Shown one piece after another: positions 50,664 to 60,311 of a DNA stretch of 64,000 nt. Each line of letters begins with the position of its first letter. Within the stretch, counting starts at the first letter, position 1. This stretch comes from Candidatus Thorarchaeota archaeon SMTZ1-45 (GTDB lineage: Archaea > Asgardarchaeota > Thorarchaeia > Thorarchaeales > Thorarchaeaceae), in contig LRSL01000013.1 of NCBI GenBank assembly GCA_001563335.1, positions 39,583 through 103,582 of the forward strand. The letters run 5' to 3'. The translations under genes were made by a program, and so were the position numbers. The notes under the pieces were generated by a model. It was not told where the DNA came from, did not search any database, and worked only from the letters and a program-made list of their open reading frames with translations.

Positions 50664-52148
50664 CTATGTTTTTTCTTGGTCATTATCCTTAACTTTTGTT
50701 ATTCTCTCGAGGAATGAAGATTCAATTGGTAGAACATACATGTATAGTACATTGAGAACCTTCTTTGTAACTTCTGTCGTTTTTGTTGTTATATCTAATC
50801 CCTTTATTGGATTATCTTCTAGGATATTGTCAACAAGCTTCTGTGGATCGTTCCATTCCCGTTCTTCAGTTGTCCAAAGGAATCCATCACGAACCTCGAC
50901 TTGACTATGACTCTTTCGAAACTCTTCTACTGCATCAACAAGATCTATTGGAGGTCCTCTTCGTGTATAATGCTTAGAGATTTCTGATTCTTCAATAAGC
51001 AATCCAATAGAATATCTATCGTTTTCAAAGTAAATCTCTGCAAGAGATTCTCCAAACCTACGCTCTCCTGTTCTCTCAGATTGTAGAGCAATTTGAATCT
51101 TCTTAGACAGCCGGTAAAGTTTGTCCCTTAGAATTGTGTAATGCTTTGAGCCATCAGAAATGAACTCTGTAGCGTATGAATGTTTTCTTATCCATTGTGG
51201 CAAACTATCGGTAGGAATCGATGACTCAAGGAAAAGCTCACAAACTTCATTCTTGTTGCCCAGTGTGGAAGCTTCTCGAAGTCTACCTATTCGATACTTG
51301 ACCCATTCATAGGCTCTTGGAGTAAAGCTAGAAGCTATATTCCTTTGTTGGTCTGTTGGATCTATAAGAATAATATAGTCATCTTTAAACGTTGAAATCT
51401 TTCGTAGCTCACTCAATGATCTTTTTTGCAGGTCAATTGGTTCGCTATCAAGATGTTCAAGAGCATAGAATGCGTCATCCAATGTTTTCGAGAATAAAGC
51501 CAGTAATTCTAGAGAAACCCCCGTTATCCCCATTCTCCCTACTGCACACCGGTCACCATATGCATGACTGGCTCTTACAAACGACTTCAAGATTCTTGCG
51601 TCATTTCTTTTATCATCATTCAATCTATCTGCAATATAGCGTGTATGATGTACAGTTCTATCAACTGCTGTGATTGGTCCTTTTTCTGCTAGATATTCCA
51701 AATCGATGTCAAAACAACCGAGAATATCAATATCTAAACCCATTTTCTTCAATGACAGATATGGGTGTTGCGAATATGCTCGCTGTACATTGGTTGTATC
51801 TAATCCTGATATGGCTGGCTCAAACCAATCCTTTACCATCATATCCATCAGACGATCGATCTCACGGTGCCGTTTTTGCTGTGATTGATCCAAAATTGTT
51901 GAGTAATCTTCTGGTACAAGTCCCACAAACAAATCTATGTCTGCTACACTCCGTAGTTGCGTCTGTTTTCTTCCTGTAGAACCCTGTTCCTCAATGAATG
52001 AATATGAATAGTTCTTCGAACATGAATGGTTTGATAAAGCCTGCTTCAATGAATTGATTACTGTCCTTTGTACATCTAGTTCCTTCTTTGTGGGTGTTAC
52101 CTGTGATAGGATGCGTTCCCGAATGTTATCAGTGAGCAGTTTGTCCAA
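50664..52148 (-). CDS. cca: CCA-adding enzyme, archaeal class I
   Basis: GS..DIDLF, YSQHPY, TAVDRT and IDPTD..RNIA motifs. Confidence 0.88.
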   Translation of the reverse strand: MDKLLTDNIRERILSQVTPTKKELDVQRTVINSLKQALSNHSCSKNYSYSFIEEQGSTGRKQTQLRSVADIDLFVGLVPEDYSTILDQSQQKRHREIDRLMDMMVKDWFEPAISGLDTTNVQRAYSQHPYLSLKKMGLDIDILGCFDIDLEYLAEKGPITAVDRTVHHTRYIADRLNDDKRNDARILKSFVRASHAYGDRCAVGRMGITGVSLELLALFSKTLDDAFYALEHLDSEPIDLQKRSLSELRKISTFKDDYIILIDPTDQQRNIASSFTPRAYEWVKYRIGRLREASTLGNKNEVCELFLESSIPTDSLPQWIRKHSYATEFISDGSKHYTILRDKLYRLSKKIQIALQSERTGERRFGESLAEIYFENDRYSIGLLIEESEISKHYTRRGPPIDLVDAVEEFRKSHSQVEVRDGFLWTTEEREWNDPQKLVDNILEDNPIKGLDITTKTTEVTKKVLNVLYMYVLPIESSFLERITKVKDNDQEKT

Positions 52149-52253
52149 TTTCAGACCTATTCATTAGAGGTCTATTGCTTGCTATGAATGTTAGCCTCAT
52201 CAGGTTTTGAGTAGCCTCTATCTTTAAAGCACAAGTCTTCTCTAACCTCATAA

Positions 52254-52769
52254 GTGGTTCACTCAATGACAAAGATAGTGCCTATCGCAATTTCGATACT
52301 CCGTTGTGGTGAAGGATATCTGTTTCTGCAAAGACGAAATGCACCTTACGAGAATCTCTGGAGCATGGTCGGTGGCAAAATAAGTCTGGGGGAGCATATA
52401 CGTTCTGCTACAATTAGAGAGGTTATGGAAGAGACTGGTGCACCTGAGGTCCACAATTACAAGTATCGTGGTCTTGTTTCTGAGAGACTTGTTGATTCTA
52501 ATGGATTTCTTTCAGCTCACTTCCTTATCTTTGTCGGTTACGCTGAAATCCCCACTTTCAATGCGAATCATCGAGAGGGAAACCTTGCGCTTTTCTCTGA
52601 GAACGAGATATTTTCCACAAGAGAACATTTTCTACCCTCTGATTTCCAGATGTTTAAGTGTTTTAACAATCAGGAGTCAATTCAGACGACCTATGAAGCT
52701 GAATTATTGTACGATGGAAACAGGTACCATTTGATTTACTACAGGAAGTCTGGTGATGAAGTTAGGTGA
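52254..52769 (+). CDS. NUDIX hydrolase
   Basis: Nudix box GGKISLGE..REVMEETG. Confidence 0.92.
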   Translation: MVHSMTKIVPIAISILRCGEGYLFLQRRNAPYENLWSMVGGKISLGEHIRSATIREVMEETGAPEVHNYKYRGLVSERLVDSNGFLSAHFLIFVGYAEIPTFNANHREGNLALFSENEIFSTREHFLPSDFQMFKCFNNQESIQTTYEAELLYDGNRYHLIYYRKSGDEVR

Positions 52770-53745
52770 TATTGAAATCACTCCATTGGCTGCAGAAAGT
52801 CTTGGGACTCGCTCATTGTGCACTCATGTTAGTACGCCTGATATTAGCATTTTATTTGACCCCTCAGCAGCCCTTGCGAAAAGATTCAAACTAGAACCTC
52901 ATCCAGAAGAATACTTGACCCTAAAGAAATCGCTGAATAAAATCCTGGGTTTTGCTGAAGCATCAGATGTTCTGTCAGTGTCTCATTATCATTATGACCA
53001 CATCAGACCTGGTTTTAAAAACCATGTCTACAATTTGAGCACCCGAAACGAGCGCCAAGAGATGTTCTCTGGGAAAATTGTGCTGATAAAAGACAATCGT
53101 GAGAACATTAACCCATCACAGAGACGTCGAGGATTTTATTTCGAAAAGGACATCAAAAATATCGTCACGAAGCTTGAATGGGCTGATGACAGGTCTTTCA
53201 GATTCGATGATACCAAGGTAACATACTCTCAACCACTACCCCATGGTCCTAATCAATCACCACTTGGATATGTCCTCGCTACCTGTGTTGAGTATTCTAA
53301 TAAACGGTTTATGTTCACACCCGATGTTCAAGGTCCAGTTGTCAGTGACACACTTCAGTATATTCTACAGTGCTCGCCTGACCTGCTTATTGTTGGCGGT
53401 CCTCCCATCTACCTGTCCAAATTTACTGACAATGAGCGTGAGATAGCTTTGAATTCTCTCGTTACTCTTGCATCCACAATTCCCACACTTGTTGTAGATC
53501 ATCATCTTATGAGGGATAAAACATGGACCGATTGGATGATACCGGTCATGAAAACTGCAAACAAATCTGGAAACAGAGTCTTGACCATGGCTGAATTAGC
53601 AGGCAAGGAAAATCTGCTTCTTGAGGCTGAACGCGAGGAGCTCTATAGAATGAATCCACCTAGTGAGGAATTCATGAATTGGACACAAGCCTCAGATGAG
53701 TACAAGCTTAGACATTCTCCCCCAGTGCTTGGTCTTGATGAATAG
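52753..53745 (+). CDS. Metallo-beta-lactamase fold hydrolase (UPF0282-like)
   Basis: AAESLGTRS, SHYHYDH, PHG, DVQGP and DHHLMRD motifs. Confidence 0.88.
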   Translation: MMKLGDIEITPLAAESLGTRSLCTHVSTPDISILFDPSAALAKRFKLEPHPEEYLTLKKSLNKILGFAEASDVLSVSHYHYDHIRPGFKNHVYNLSTRNERQEMFSGKIVLIKDNRENINPSQRRRGFYFEKDIKNIVTKLEWADDRSFRFDDTKVTYSQPLPHGPNQSPLGYVLATCVEYSNKRFMFTPDVQGPVVSDTLQYILQCSPDLLIVGGPPIYLSKFTDNEREIALNSLVTLASTIPTLVVDHHLMRDKTWTDWMIPVMKTANKSGNRVLTMAELAGKENLLLEAEREELYRMNPPSEEFMNWTQASDEYKLRHSPPVLGLDE

Positions 53746-53869
53746 AAACAGAAAAACGTCTTATTGGAGTAGTACGCAACCACATCAATGGTCTGGCCCA
53801 AAAAATACGTTCCATGGACACATTAGTCGGGTCATTGTTGAACGGAATAAAACACAGGTGGACTTCTAA

Positions 53870-54406
53870 TTGGAAGATATTGAAGGGGCATCTACAAAGG
53901 CACTTCTTGATCGTTTTAAACAAGCAGTAGATCGTGCCAACGAATGTCTCTCAAACGAAGAGTATCAACAAGCAATGGCTCTTTACTATGATGCTAGCTT
54001 ATCTGCTGACGAAATGACACAACGGTTTCTCAGTTTGCTCATTAAAACAGCTCCAAGTACTGCACACACCACACTTCTTGTAGAGGTTCTAAGCTGGCGG
54101 CTCCGGTATTTCACTGCTCAATATGATTATCATCTTGCTGTTGCACAGACATTGTCCGGGTTGCCGCGAGAAGAATGGATTGCCAGATTGGAAACTATTC
54201 TTGTTCTTTCACAGAGCCTAGTTGATATGATTCTTCCAATCTATAAGCAAGAAAAAGATCCAGGTATCAGAAGGAGAATCCATGACCTTTTTGATGATTG
54301 GATAACAGGGATTCGAAACCTAATTATCAATCTTCGTTCTTGGGGAATGGCTAGTGCTCAAGCAGCCCGTGTTCTTGAATGGGCTATGGATAATGAGATT
54401 GGATGA
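53870..54406 (+). CDS. Hypothetical helical protein
   Basis: Full-length ORF filling the gap, all-alpha pattern. Confidence 0.7.
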   Translation: MEDIEGASTKALLDRFKQAVDRANECLSNEEYQQAMALYYDASLSADEMTQRFLSLLIKTAPSTAHTTLLVEVLSWRLRYFTAQYDYHLAVAQTLSGLPREEWIARLETILVLSQSLVDMILPIYKQEKDPGIRRRIHDLFDDWITGIRNLIINLRSWGMASAQAARVLEWAMDNEIG

Positions 54407-54433
54407 ATGAAATAAAACGAATATTCCTGGGGA

Positions 54434-54661
54434 TTATTTCTTTTCTTTCCCCTCTACCGATGCCATTGCAATTTCGGTATCTGCAAGTTGATGATGGCTA
54501 TCTAAATAACAAACAAGATAATGGTCCTTATGCTTCACAACGACTGGGGCTGGAAATCGCTTGACTTTCTTCAACTTGTCCTTTGGAACCTCCCAGTAGA
54601 GTGATTCCTTGCAGACAGGACACTGCATCCATTTCAGCCCTTCAGCCATTTGTAGTTCCAC
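54434..54661 (-). CDS. Small CxxC..H..H zinc-binding protein
   Basis: CPVCK..VVVKHKDHYLVCYLD. Confidence 0.7.
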   Translation of the reverse strand: MELQMAEGLKWMQCPVCKESLYWEVPKDKLKKVKRFPAPVVVKHKDHYLVCYLDSHHQLADTEIAMASVEGKEKK

Positions 54662-54753
54662 CTGTATTGGGTTTGGCGGGCAATTGAAGGAATCTGCAAT
54701 GGTACTAAAAAGGATTTTCTAGGGGCTTTGCACCTTTGGGTTCGCTGTTTTGA

Positions 54754-55587
54754 TTACTCATCATCAAAATCAATATCCCATGCACCGGGGTCTTCAAGAT
54801 CTCTGCTTTGAATAGGTCTTTTTCTTGTTTCAAGAGCGTCAATATCATAGCGATCACTATCAACAACCAGCTCATTTGAAACCTCATCCAGATAGGCTGG
54901 GATATACCCGTTCTCTATGAGTCTAACAATCAATCTCTTCAACTGTCTTCTTTCTAAGCCTGTACTCTCCTCAAGACTGGCAAGTGTCACTGCGGCCTCA
55001 GACTCAAGGGAGGTTCGTACAAATCCTGCTAGAACTAATTCGAAGGAACGTCTAAGTTTGTAGAGTTCGTCCCGATTTATCTCATCTGCAAGAACCGTTT
55101 CCATTAGCTTGTTTGCATCTCCGAAACGATACTCTGTAAGCATTAAGGCGAGATCAATGAGACCTGTTACTTCCCCCTTGGTGACCTGAATGACTCCATC
55201 AATCAGCTGTCGAGATAGGTCAAGATCACCTCCAGTAATTGCACAAAATGCTCCTTCTAATAGCAAATAGGGGTTTCTATTTTTCTCAGCAGCTGATACA
55301 TATGCTTGAGCAGCAATCTGGCAATCAATCTCAAACTTATCATGTTCACCATGCTTGACCCATGCTGCGCTTGCACTAGTCATGATTATAGCCGCATCTA
55401 GATACTCGTGTGCTAGCATTCCATGTTCATATGCTCGCTCATAAGCTTGAGCTGCTTTTGAGAAAGACTCCCAGTTTTTCCAGCAGTCACCTGCTCTCTG
55501 AAATAGTGTCATAGCTTCCTGGTTCTTTCCTGAGTCTGCCATCTCCTCAGCCAGTTTTTCTAGTTTCTGGCATTCAGACTGACCCAT
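54754..55587 (-). CDS. SNAP/TPR-like repeats plus C-terminal PCI-like wHTH
   Basis: AMTLFQRAGDCW..KAAQAYERA, then VTLASLEESTGL..LIVRLIENGYIPAYLDEVSNELVV. Confidence 0.7.
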   Translation of the reverse strand: MGQSECQKLEKLAEEMADSGKNQEAMTLFQRAGDCWKNWESFSKAAQAYERAYEHGMLAHEYLDAAIIMTSASAAWVKHGEHDKFEIDCQIAAQAYVSAAEKNRNPYLLLEGAFCAITGGDLDLSRQLIDGVIQVTKGEVTGLIDLALMLTEYRFGDANKLMETVLADEINRDELYKLRRSFELVLAGFVRTSLESEAAVTLASLEESTGLERRQLKRLIVRLIENGYIPAYLDEVSNELVVDSDRYDIDALETRKRPIQSRDLEDPGAWDIDFDDE

Positions 55588-55610
55588 GATTATCAGGACC
55601 TCGTATTGAA

Positions 55611-56297
55611 CTATCCAGCCCTTCTCAATACTCCATCTTTCATATTGAGTGTATGTCTAGCGAATTTTGCTATGTCATGATTGTGTGTGACTAGAACAAC
55701 AGTCATCCTTCTCTCTCTATTCAATTGAGCAATGATTTTGAGGATGTTCTCACCAGTCTTTGAATCGAGGTTCCCAGTTGGCTCATCACAGAACAGGATT
55801 GGAGGGTCATTCACTAAGGCTCTCCCTATAGCTACTCTCTGTTGTTCTCCACCAGAAAGCTGTTTTGGAAAGTGGTCTCTTCTCTCTAACATATCTACTT
55901 CGCGGAGTACTGCTAATGTTCTATTTTCCTGTTCTTGCTTAGTCAGGTCGTTTCTGGGCCAAAGTACGGATTCGATGTTCTCGTAAGCCGTGAGATTCTC
56001 TACTAGTAAGAATGATTGAAACACAAAGCCAATCTTCTGAGCGCGTACCTTTGGCATGTCTCTCTCACTAATCAAAGTGACATCCACTGCATCAACAAGA
56101 ACACGTCCGGAAGAAGGAGCTTCAAGTCCTGACATAACATGTAATAGTGTTGACTTGCCGCATCCACTTGGTCCTAATACAGCGACGAAGTCTCCTGCTT
56201 CTATCTCAAGATTGACATCTTTTAATGCTGCCACAGTATTCTTGCCTTTTCCAAACTCTTTGTTGACTTCTTCAAGTTGAATTATTGGTTTTGCCAT
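55611..56297 (-). CDS. ABC ATPase, LolD/FtsE type
   Basis: GPSGCGKST, LSGGEQQR and DEPTGNLD motifs. Confidence 0.93.
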   Translation of the reverse strand: MAKPIIQLEEVNKEFGKGKNTVAALKDVNLEIEAGDFVAVLGPSGCGKSTLLHVMSGLEAPSSGRVLVDAVDVTLISERDMPKVRAQKIGFVFQSFLLVENLTAYENIESVLWPRNDLTKQEQENRTLAVLREVDMLERRDHFPKQLSGGEQQRVAIGRALVNDPPILFCDEPTGNLDSKTGENILKIIAQLNRERRMTVVLVTHNHDIAKFARHTLNMKDGVLRRAG

Positions 56298-56300
56298 TTT

Positions 56301-56813
56301 TTACTCCTCCCTTAGTGCGCGCATTGGTGGGACTTGCGTTGCTCTCCACATGGATAATAGCAAACCTGGAATCTGGGCAACAATTATCCAAAAGAGTGTT
56401 ACAAACATGGAAATCAAATCGACATAAATCAAAGACCAAATCCCTGTTACACTTGTGACTCCCAGGAAGTATGCTGTCAAACCAAGAATTTCAACACTCA
56501 CCTGGAACACTAAAAGAAATGCAGTGAATGATACAAGTATAACTTCACCTACGACGAGAAGCATCACATTCGAATTATCCCAGCCTATGCATTTGAAGAT
56601 GGAGATATCTCGGCGTCTGAATTGTGAAACTAGTATTGCGTATATTGTTGCTACAATAAAGGCGAGTCCAATATATGATAGATCTCCTGGACTTGTTGTA
56701 AGCCCTCTTGCAACAATTATATACAATATTGCATAAATTAGGATGAATGCGAAGACTCGCATCCTGGCGCGATATGCGAATTTGACGCTTTTGAAAAATA
56801 CCCTGAAGTTCAA
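56301..56813 (-). CDS. Minimal FtsX-like permease
   Basis: RRRDISIFKCIGW and C-terminal RATQVPPMRALREE. Confidence 0.82.
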   Translation of the reverse strand: MNFRVFFKSVKFAYRARMRVFAFILIYAILYIIVARGLTTSPGDLSYIGLAFIVATIYAILVSQFRRRDISIFKCIGWDNSNVMLLVVGEVILVSFTAFLLVFQVSVEILGLTAYFLGVTSVTGIWSLIYVDLISMFVTLFWIIVAQIPGLLLSMWRATQVPPMRALREE

Positions 56814-56897
56814 ACAGTTGTCCTCCCTGCATTAGACGCAGTTATAGACAATTTCAACTCACTTGGCTTAATGTGTCTTGTGGGCATCAAATCCGGA

Positions 56898-57077
56898 TTA
56901 CTGATTGTCCTGCTCCATGTTTATCGGACTTCCGTTAGCCGGCCATAATTCTCTTCGTAGAAGGTCTCTAATCGCTACTCTGATTGCTTCACTTCTAGAT
57001 GGATACATCCCTATCTCAACTAACTTGTCAAGTCCCTTTACGTAAATATCGCTCATTTTCACTGTAACAAGCTGCAA
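56898..57077 (-). CDS. Ribbon-helix-helix regulator, CdrS/CopG-like
   Basis: (M)QLVTVKMSDIYVKGLDKLVEIGMYPSRSEAIRVAIRDLL. Likely TTG start at 57077. Confidence 0.85.
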   Translation of the reverse strand: MQLVTVKMSDIYVKGLDKLVEIGMYPSRSEAIRVAIRDLLRRELWPANGSPINMEQDNQ

Positions 57078-57328
57078 AAGGCATTCCTCATGATAGGTAT
57101 CAACCGGGTAATACCAGATATAAGTCGATGGAAAGTCGTATGAGCTCCGCGCCAACTGTTTGTTTCTTTGCACGAAGATTTTCGCTCAAAGACATTCGGC
57201 CCATAAAAGGCTAAATATAGTAAGACCAAGTTCGAACAAGGAAACCTGCGGGTGGAAGCAATCGAAAGCTCCCTTACATGATTCACTGTCATCAAGTAGA
57301 TATCCCACTTATGGGGTGAGGTGAAGAT

Positions 57329-57871
57329 TTGAGTAGTAGCGGATTCGACTACATGCGTAAAGTCGTCATGATTGGCGCTGGTGGTAGCGGAAAGACTGCT
57401 CTTGTAAATAGATTTCTCACCCACAAATTTTCTGAAGAATACATTGTTACAATTGGTTCGCAATTTGCAGTCAAGACTGTTGCAGTGGAAACTACAAACG
57501 GCCGTAGTGTGAATGTGAAACTTCTTGTTTGGGACCTTGCTGGACAGCAGCGATTTGATTTTATTCGAGGAAGCTACTACCGCGGATCCAAAGGTGCACT
57601 TCTGGTTTACGACACGACTCGTAAAAGTACTTGGTTGGAACTTCCAAAATGGATCAAGGAAACTGAGGATGCTTTAGGAGAGAGAATCCCGATAATTCTT
57701 CTAGCTAACAAAGTGGATTTGGTTGACCATCGTGTAATAACTCGTGAGATGGGTGAGGAATTTACACGTGAATTCAATCTCACGGATTATCTTGAAACAA
57801 GTGCACTCTCTGGACAGAATGTCGAAAAAGCTTTTCATATACTTGCCAAGAGTTCCTTAGCAATGTCTTAA
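57329..57871 (+). CDS. Rab-like small GTPase
   Basis: GAGGSGKT, TIG, WDLAGQQRF, YYRG, NKVD and ETSA motifs. Confidence 0.95.
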   Translation: MSSSGFDYMRKVVMIGAGGSGKTALVNRFLTHKFSEEYIVTIGSQFAVKTVAVETTNGRSVNVKLLVWDLAGQQRFDFIRGSYYRGSKGALLVYDTTRKSTWLELPKWIKETEDALGERIPIILLANKVDLVDHRVITREMGEEFTREFNLTDYLETSALSGQNVEKAFHILAKSSLAMS

Positions 57872-57950
57872 CCAATCTTATCTCAGTGCTCTAACCAAAA
57901 CCACTAAAGAGGGGTAATTGTGGGTCTGAATGTAATCTAAGCAAAATGTA

Positions 57951-59099
57951 GTGAGTCCAATGACTAAACCAGACTTGAATTTAAAATTCCTAGAGCAACT
58001 CTGTGATGCCTTTGGTCCTAGTGGACATGAGGAGGAAGCACAAAAAGTTGTTCACAAATATGGAAAAGAATACGCAGACGAAATACTCCAAGATGGGCTT
58101 GGATCATTGATCTTTAGAAAGGGAAAAAGTGGTCCCAAAATAATGATTGCTGGGCATGTTGATGAGATTGGTTTCGTCATCACAAACATCAAGAAAGATG
58201 GCTATCTAGAATTTCATCAGCTTGGTGGCTGGTGGGATCAGACGCTCCTAACCCAGGAGGTCGTGATTCTACCATTCAAGGGCGAGAAAGTTGTAGGGGT
58301 AATTGGTGCACCTCCGCCTCATGTTCTTACTCCTGAAATGCGCAGCAAAGTAGTAACGAAAGATAAGATGTACATCGATATAGGGTGTTCATCTGCAAAA
58401 GAGGTCAAAGATCTCGGTATTAGAGTTGGTGATCCTGCCGTCCCAGTGTCTTCTTTTCGCACAATGAAGAGAACGAGGAAGGAAAAGAAGAATGAAGACG
58501 ACAAGGATGCAAAGGAAGAAACCCGCGAGGTAACCCTTGCAGTAGCAAAGGCGTTTGATGACCGAATTGGTGTATTCATTGCACTTGAGGCACTACGAAG
58601 GATTTCTGAAAACAACATTGAGCTTCCCAACACTGTGTACTTCTGTTCAACTGTGCAAGAGGAGATTGGACTTAGAGGTGCCAAGACCTCTGCTCAAATG
58701 ATCAATCCTGATATTGGCTTTGCAATAGATGTGGACATTCCCGGTGACTCACCAGGAACTGAAGGAATTGTCCCAAAGATGGGTAAAGGTGTCACAATCT
58801 CAGCAGGTGACTCATCGATGATTCCAAATCCAAAACTACGAAAGTTTGTCATGTCAATTGCTGAAGAAAAAAGTATACGCCATCAGCCATCCTTTACGAA
58901 GGCCGGCGGGACTGATGCAGGCCAGATTCATCTTGCAGGGATGGGTGCTCCATCACTCTATCTTGGGATTCCGACACGATACATACACTCTCACCATGGA
59001 ATGCTAGATACAAATGATGTTGAGAGTGCTGTTCAACTAATTGTTGAAGTTTTGAAGGAACTTGATGAAAAAACTGTCAAGAGTTTCTTGACGCTTTAA
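57951..59099 (+). CDS. M42 family aminopeptidase (TET-like)
   Basis: GHVDEIG, AFDDR, QEEIGLRGA, GGTDA and RYIHS motifs. Confidence 0.93.
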   Translation: MSPMTKPDLNLKFLEQLCDAFGPSGHEEEAQKVVHKYGKEYADEILQDGLGSLIFRKGKSGPKIMIAGHVDEIGFVITNIKKDGYLEFHQLGGWWDQTLLTQEVVILPFKGEKVVGVIGAPPPHVLTPEMRSKVVTKDKMYIDIGCSSAKEVKDLGIRVGDPAVPVSSFRTMKRTRKEKKNEDDKDAKEETREVTLAVAKAFDDRIGVFIALEALRRISENNIELPNTVYFCSTVQEEIGLRGAKTSAQMINPDIGFAIDVDIPGDSPGTEGIVPKMGKGVTISAGDSSMIPNPKLRKFVMSIAEEKSIRHQPSFTKAGGTDAGQIHLAGMGAPSLYLGIPTRYIHSHHGMLDTNDVESAVQLIVEVLKELDEKTVKSFLTL

Positions 59100-59110
59100 A
59101 AGACGAAGAG

Positions 59111-59132
59111 CAGCCTAGTGATTCCTAGGCTG
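59111..59132. terminator. Hairpin between convergent genes
   Basis: CAGCCTAG-tgattc-CTAGGCTG, a perfect 8-bp stem. Confidence 0.55.
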
Positions 59133-59149
59133 ACTCACAAATTCTCTTC

Positions 59150-60238
59150 TTAGCGTTCACGCTTACCTTCGATAAACTCATCAACTCGTTTTCTTGCTTC
59201 GAAGTCATCTATTTGATAACGTGGGTGTTTGAAGCTATAGGAGCTGATGCTTGAGAGCTCTCCTCCTATTCCTCTATCTAGTGCGATTTTCACAGCACGT
59301 GCGACATCAATAATGACTCCTCCGCTATTTGGTGAATCCTGAACGGAAAGTTTCAGCTCAAGGTCAATTGGGAGGTCTCCAAAAGCTTTCGATCTCATGG
59401 TAATGTAGCAGACCTTATTGTCCCTCAAGAAGGGTACATAGTCACTGGGACCTATTTTAGTTGGTAGTTCATAATCAACACAACTTGTTACAGCTTCAGT
59501 CTTGCTAATTCTCTTTGAACTTAATCTGTTCTCAACTTGCATGTTCTCAAAATCAGTATTTCCACCAATATTTAGCTGATACGTGTTTTGAAGAATAAGC
59601 CCTCTCTTATCGAAGAGCTGTGCAAGAACACGATGTAGGATTGTGGCACCAAGTTGACTCTTGATGTCATCCCCTGCACATGGGATGCCCTCTTTTTCAA
59701 AAGCCTGTGCAATTGGTGATTTTGGATCAGAAACAATAAACTCGGGTATTGCATTGATGTAACCAACACCAGCGTCCAACGCTGCCTTTGCATATATCCT
59801 GGAACTTTCTGCGCTTCCTACAGGGAGGTAAGAAACAAGCATGTCAGCTTTTGCCTTTCTTAATTCCTCCGCAATATCCACAGGTTCTATTTCCTTCTCG
59901 TCATATGCGAAGAAGGACTCTCTCATATGAGGTGCAACACCATCAGATATGGGTCCTGGCAATACTTTGACACCAGTCTTTGGAACATCGGGAGCAAAAG
60001 CAACGCAGCAGTTTGGCTCTGCCCACATAGCCTCAGCAATATCAAGACCAATCTTTTTCCTGTTTACTTCAAAGGCTGCAACAAACTTGAGGTCTCTTGG
60101 AAAGTATCCGCCAAAGTCCACATGCATTAGACCTGGAACTTCCTCATCAGCTCTTGAATTTCTATAATAATGTGTACCTTGAATTAACGCAGAAGCACAG
60201 TTCCCAAGTCCTGCGATTGCGATTCGGACATCTCCCAT
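59150..60238 (-). CDS. ino1: myo-Inositol-1-phosphate synthase
   Basis: GLGNCAS, SYLPVGS, GDDIKSQLGAT, GGNTDF and DSPNSGG motifs. Confidence 0.95.
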   Translation of the reverse strand: MGDVRIAIAGLGNCASALIQGTHYYRNSRADEEVPGLMHVDFGGYFPRDLKFVAAFEVNRKKIGLDIAEAMWAEPNCCVAFAPDVPKTGVKVLPGPISDGVAPHMRESFFAYDEKEIEPVDIAEELRKAKADMLVSYLPVGSAESSRIYAKAALDAGVGYINAIPEFIVSDPKSPIAQAFEKEGIPCAGDDIKSQLGATILHRVLAQLFDKRGLILQNTYQLNIGGNTDFENMQVENRLSSKRISKTEAVTSCVDYELPTKIGPSDYVPFLRDNKVCYITMRSKAFGDLPIDLELKLSVQDSPNSGGVIIDVARAVKIALDRGIGGELSSISSYSFKHPRYQIDDFEARKRVDEFIEGKRER

Positions 60239-60311
60239 TATTGAATCATCTCTCTGAGTATTTTATAGCCATAGAATAGTTGTTTCTTTTAAAATTTGCG
60301 AGCTGGCAATA

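Noticed and set aside
57120-57328. Structured ncRNA in the RHH-Rab intergenic region
   Set aside because: No recognisable SRP, RNase P, tRNA or C/D-box features; divergent promoters explain the region.
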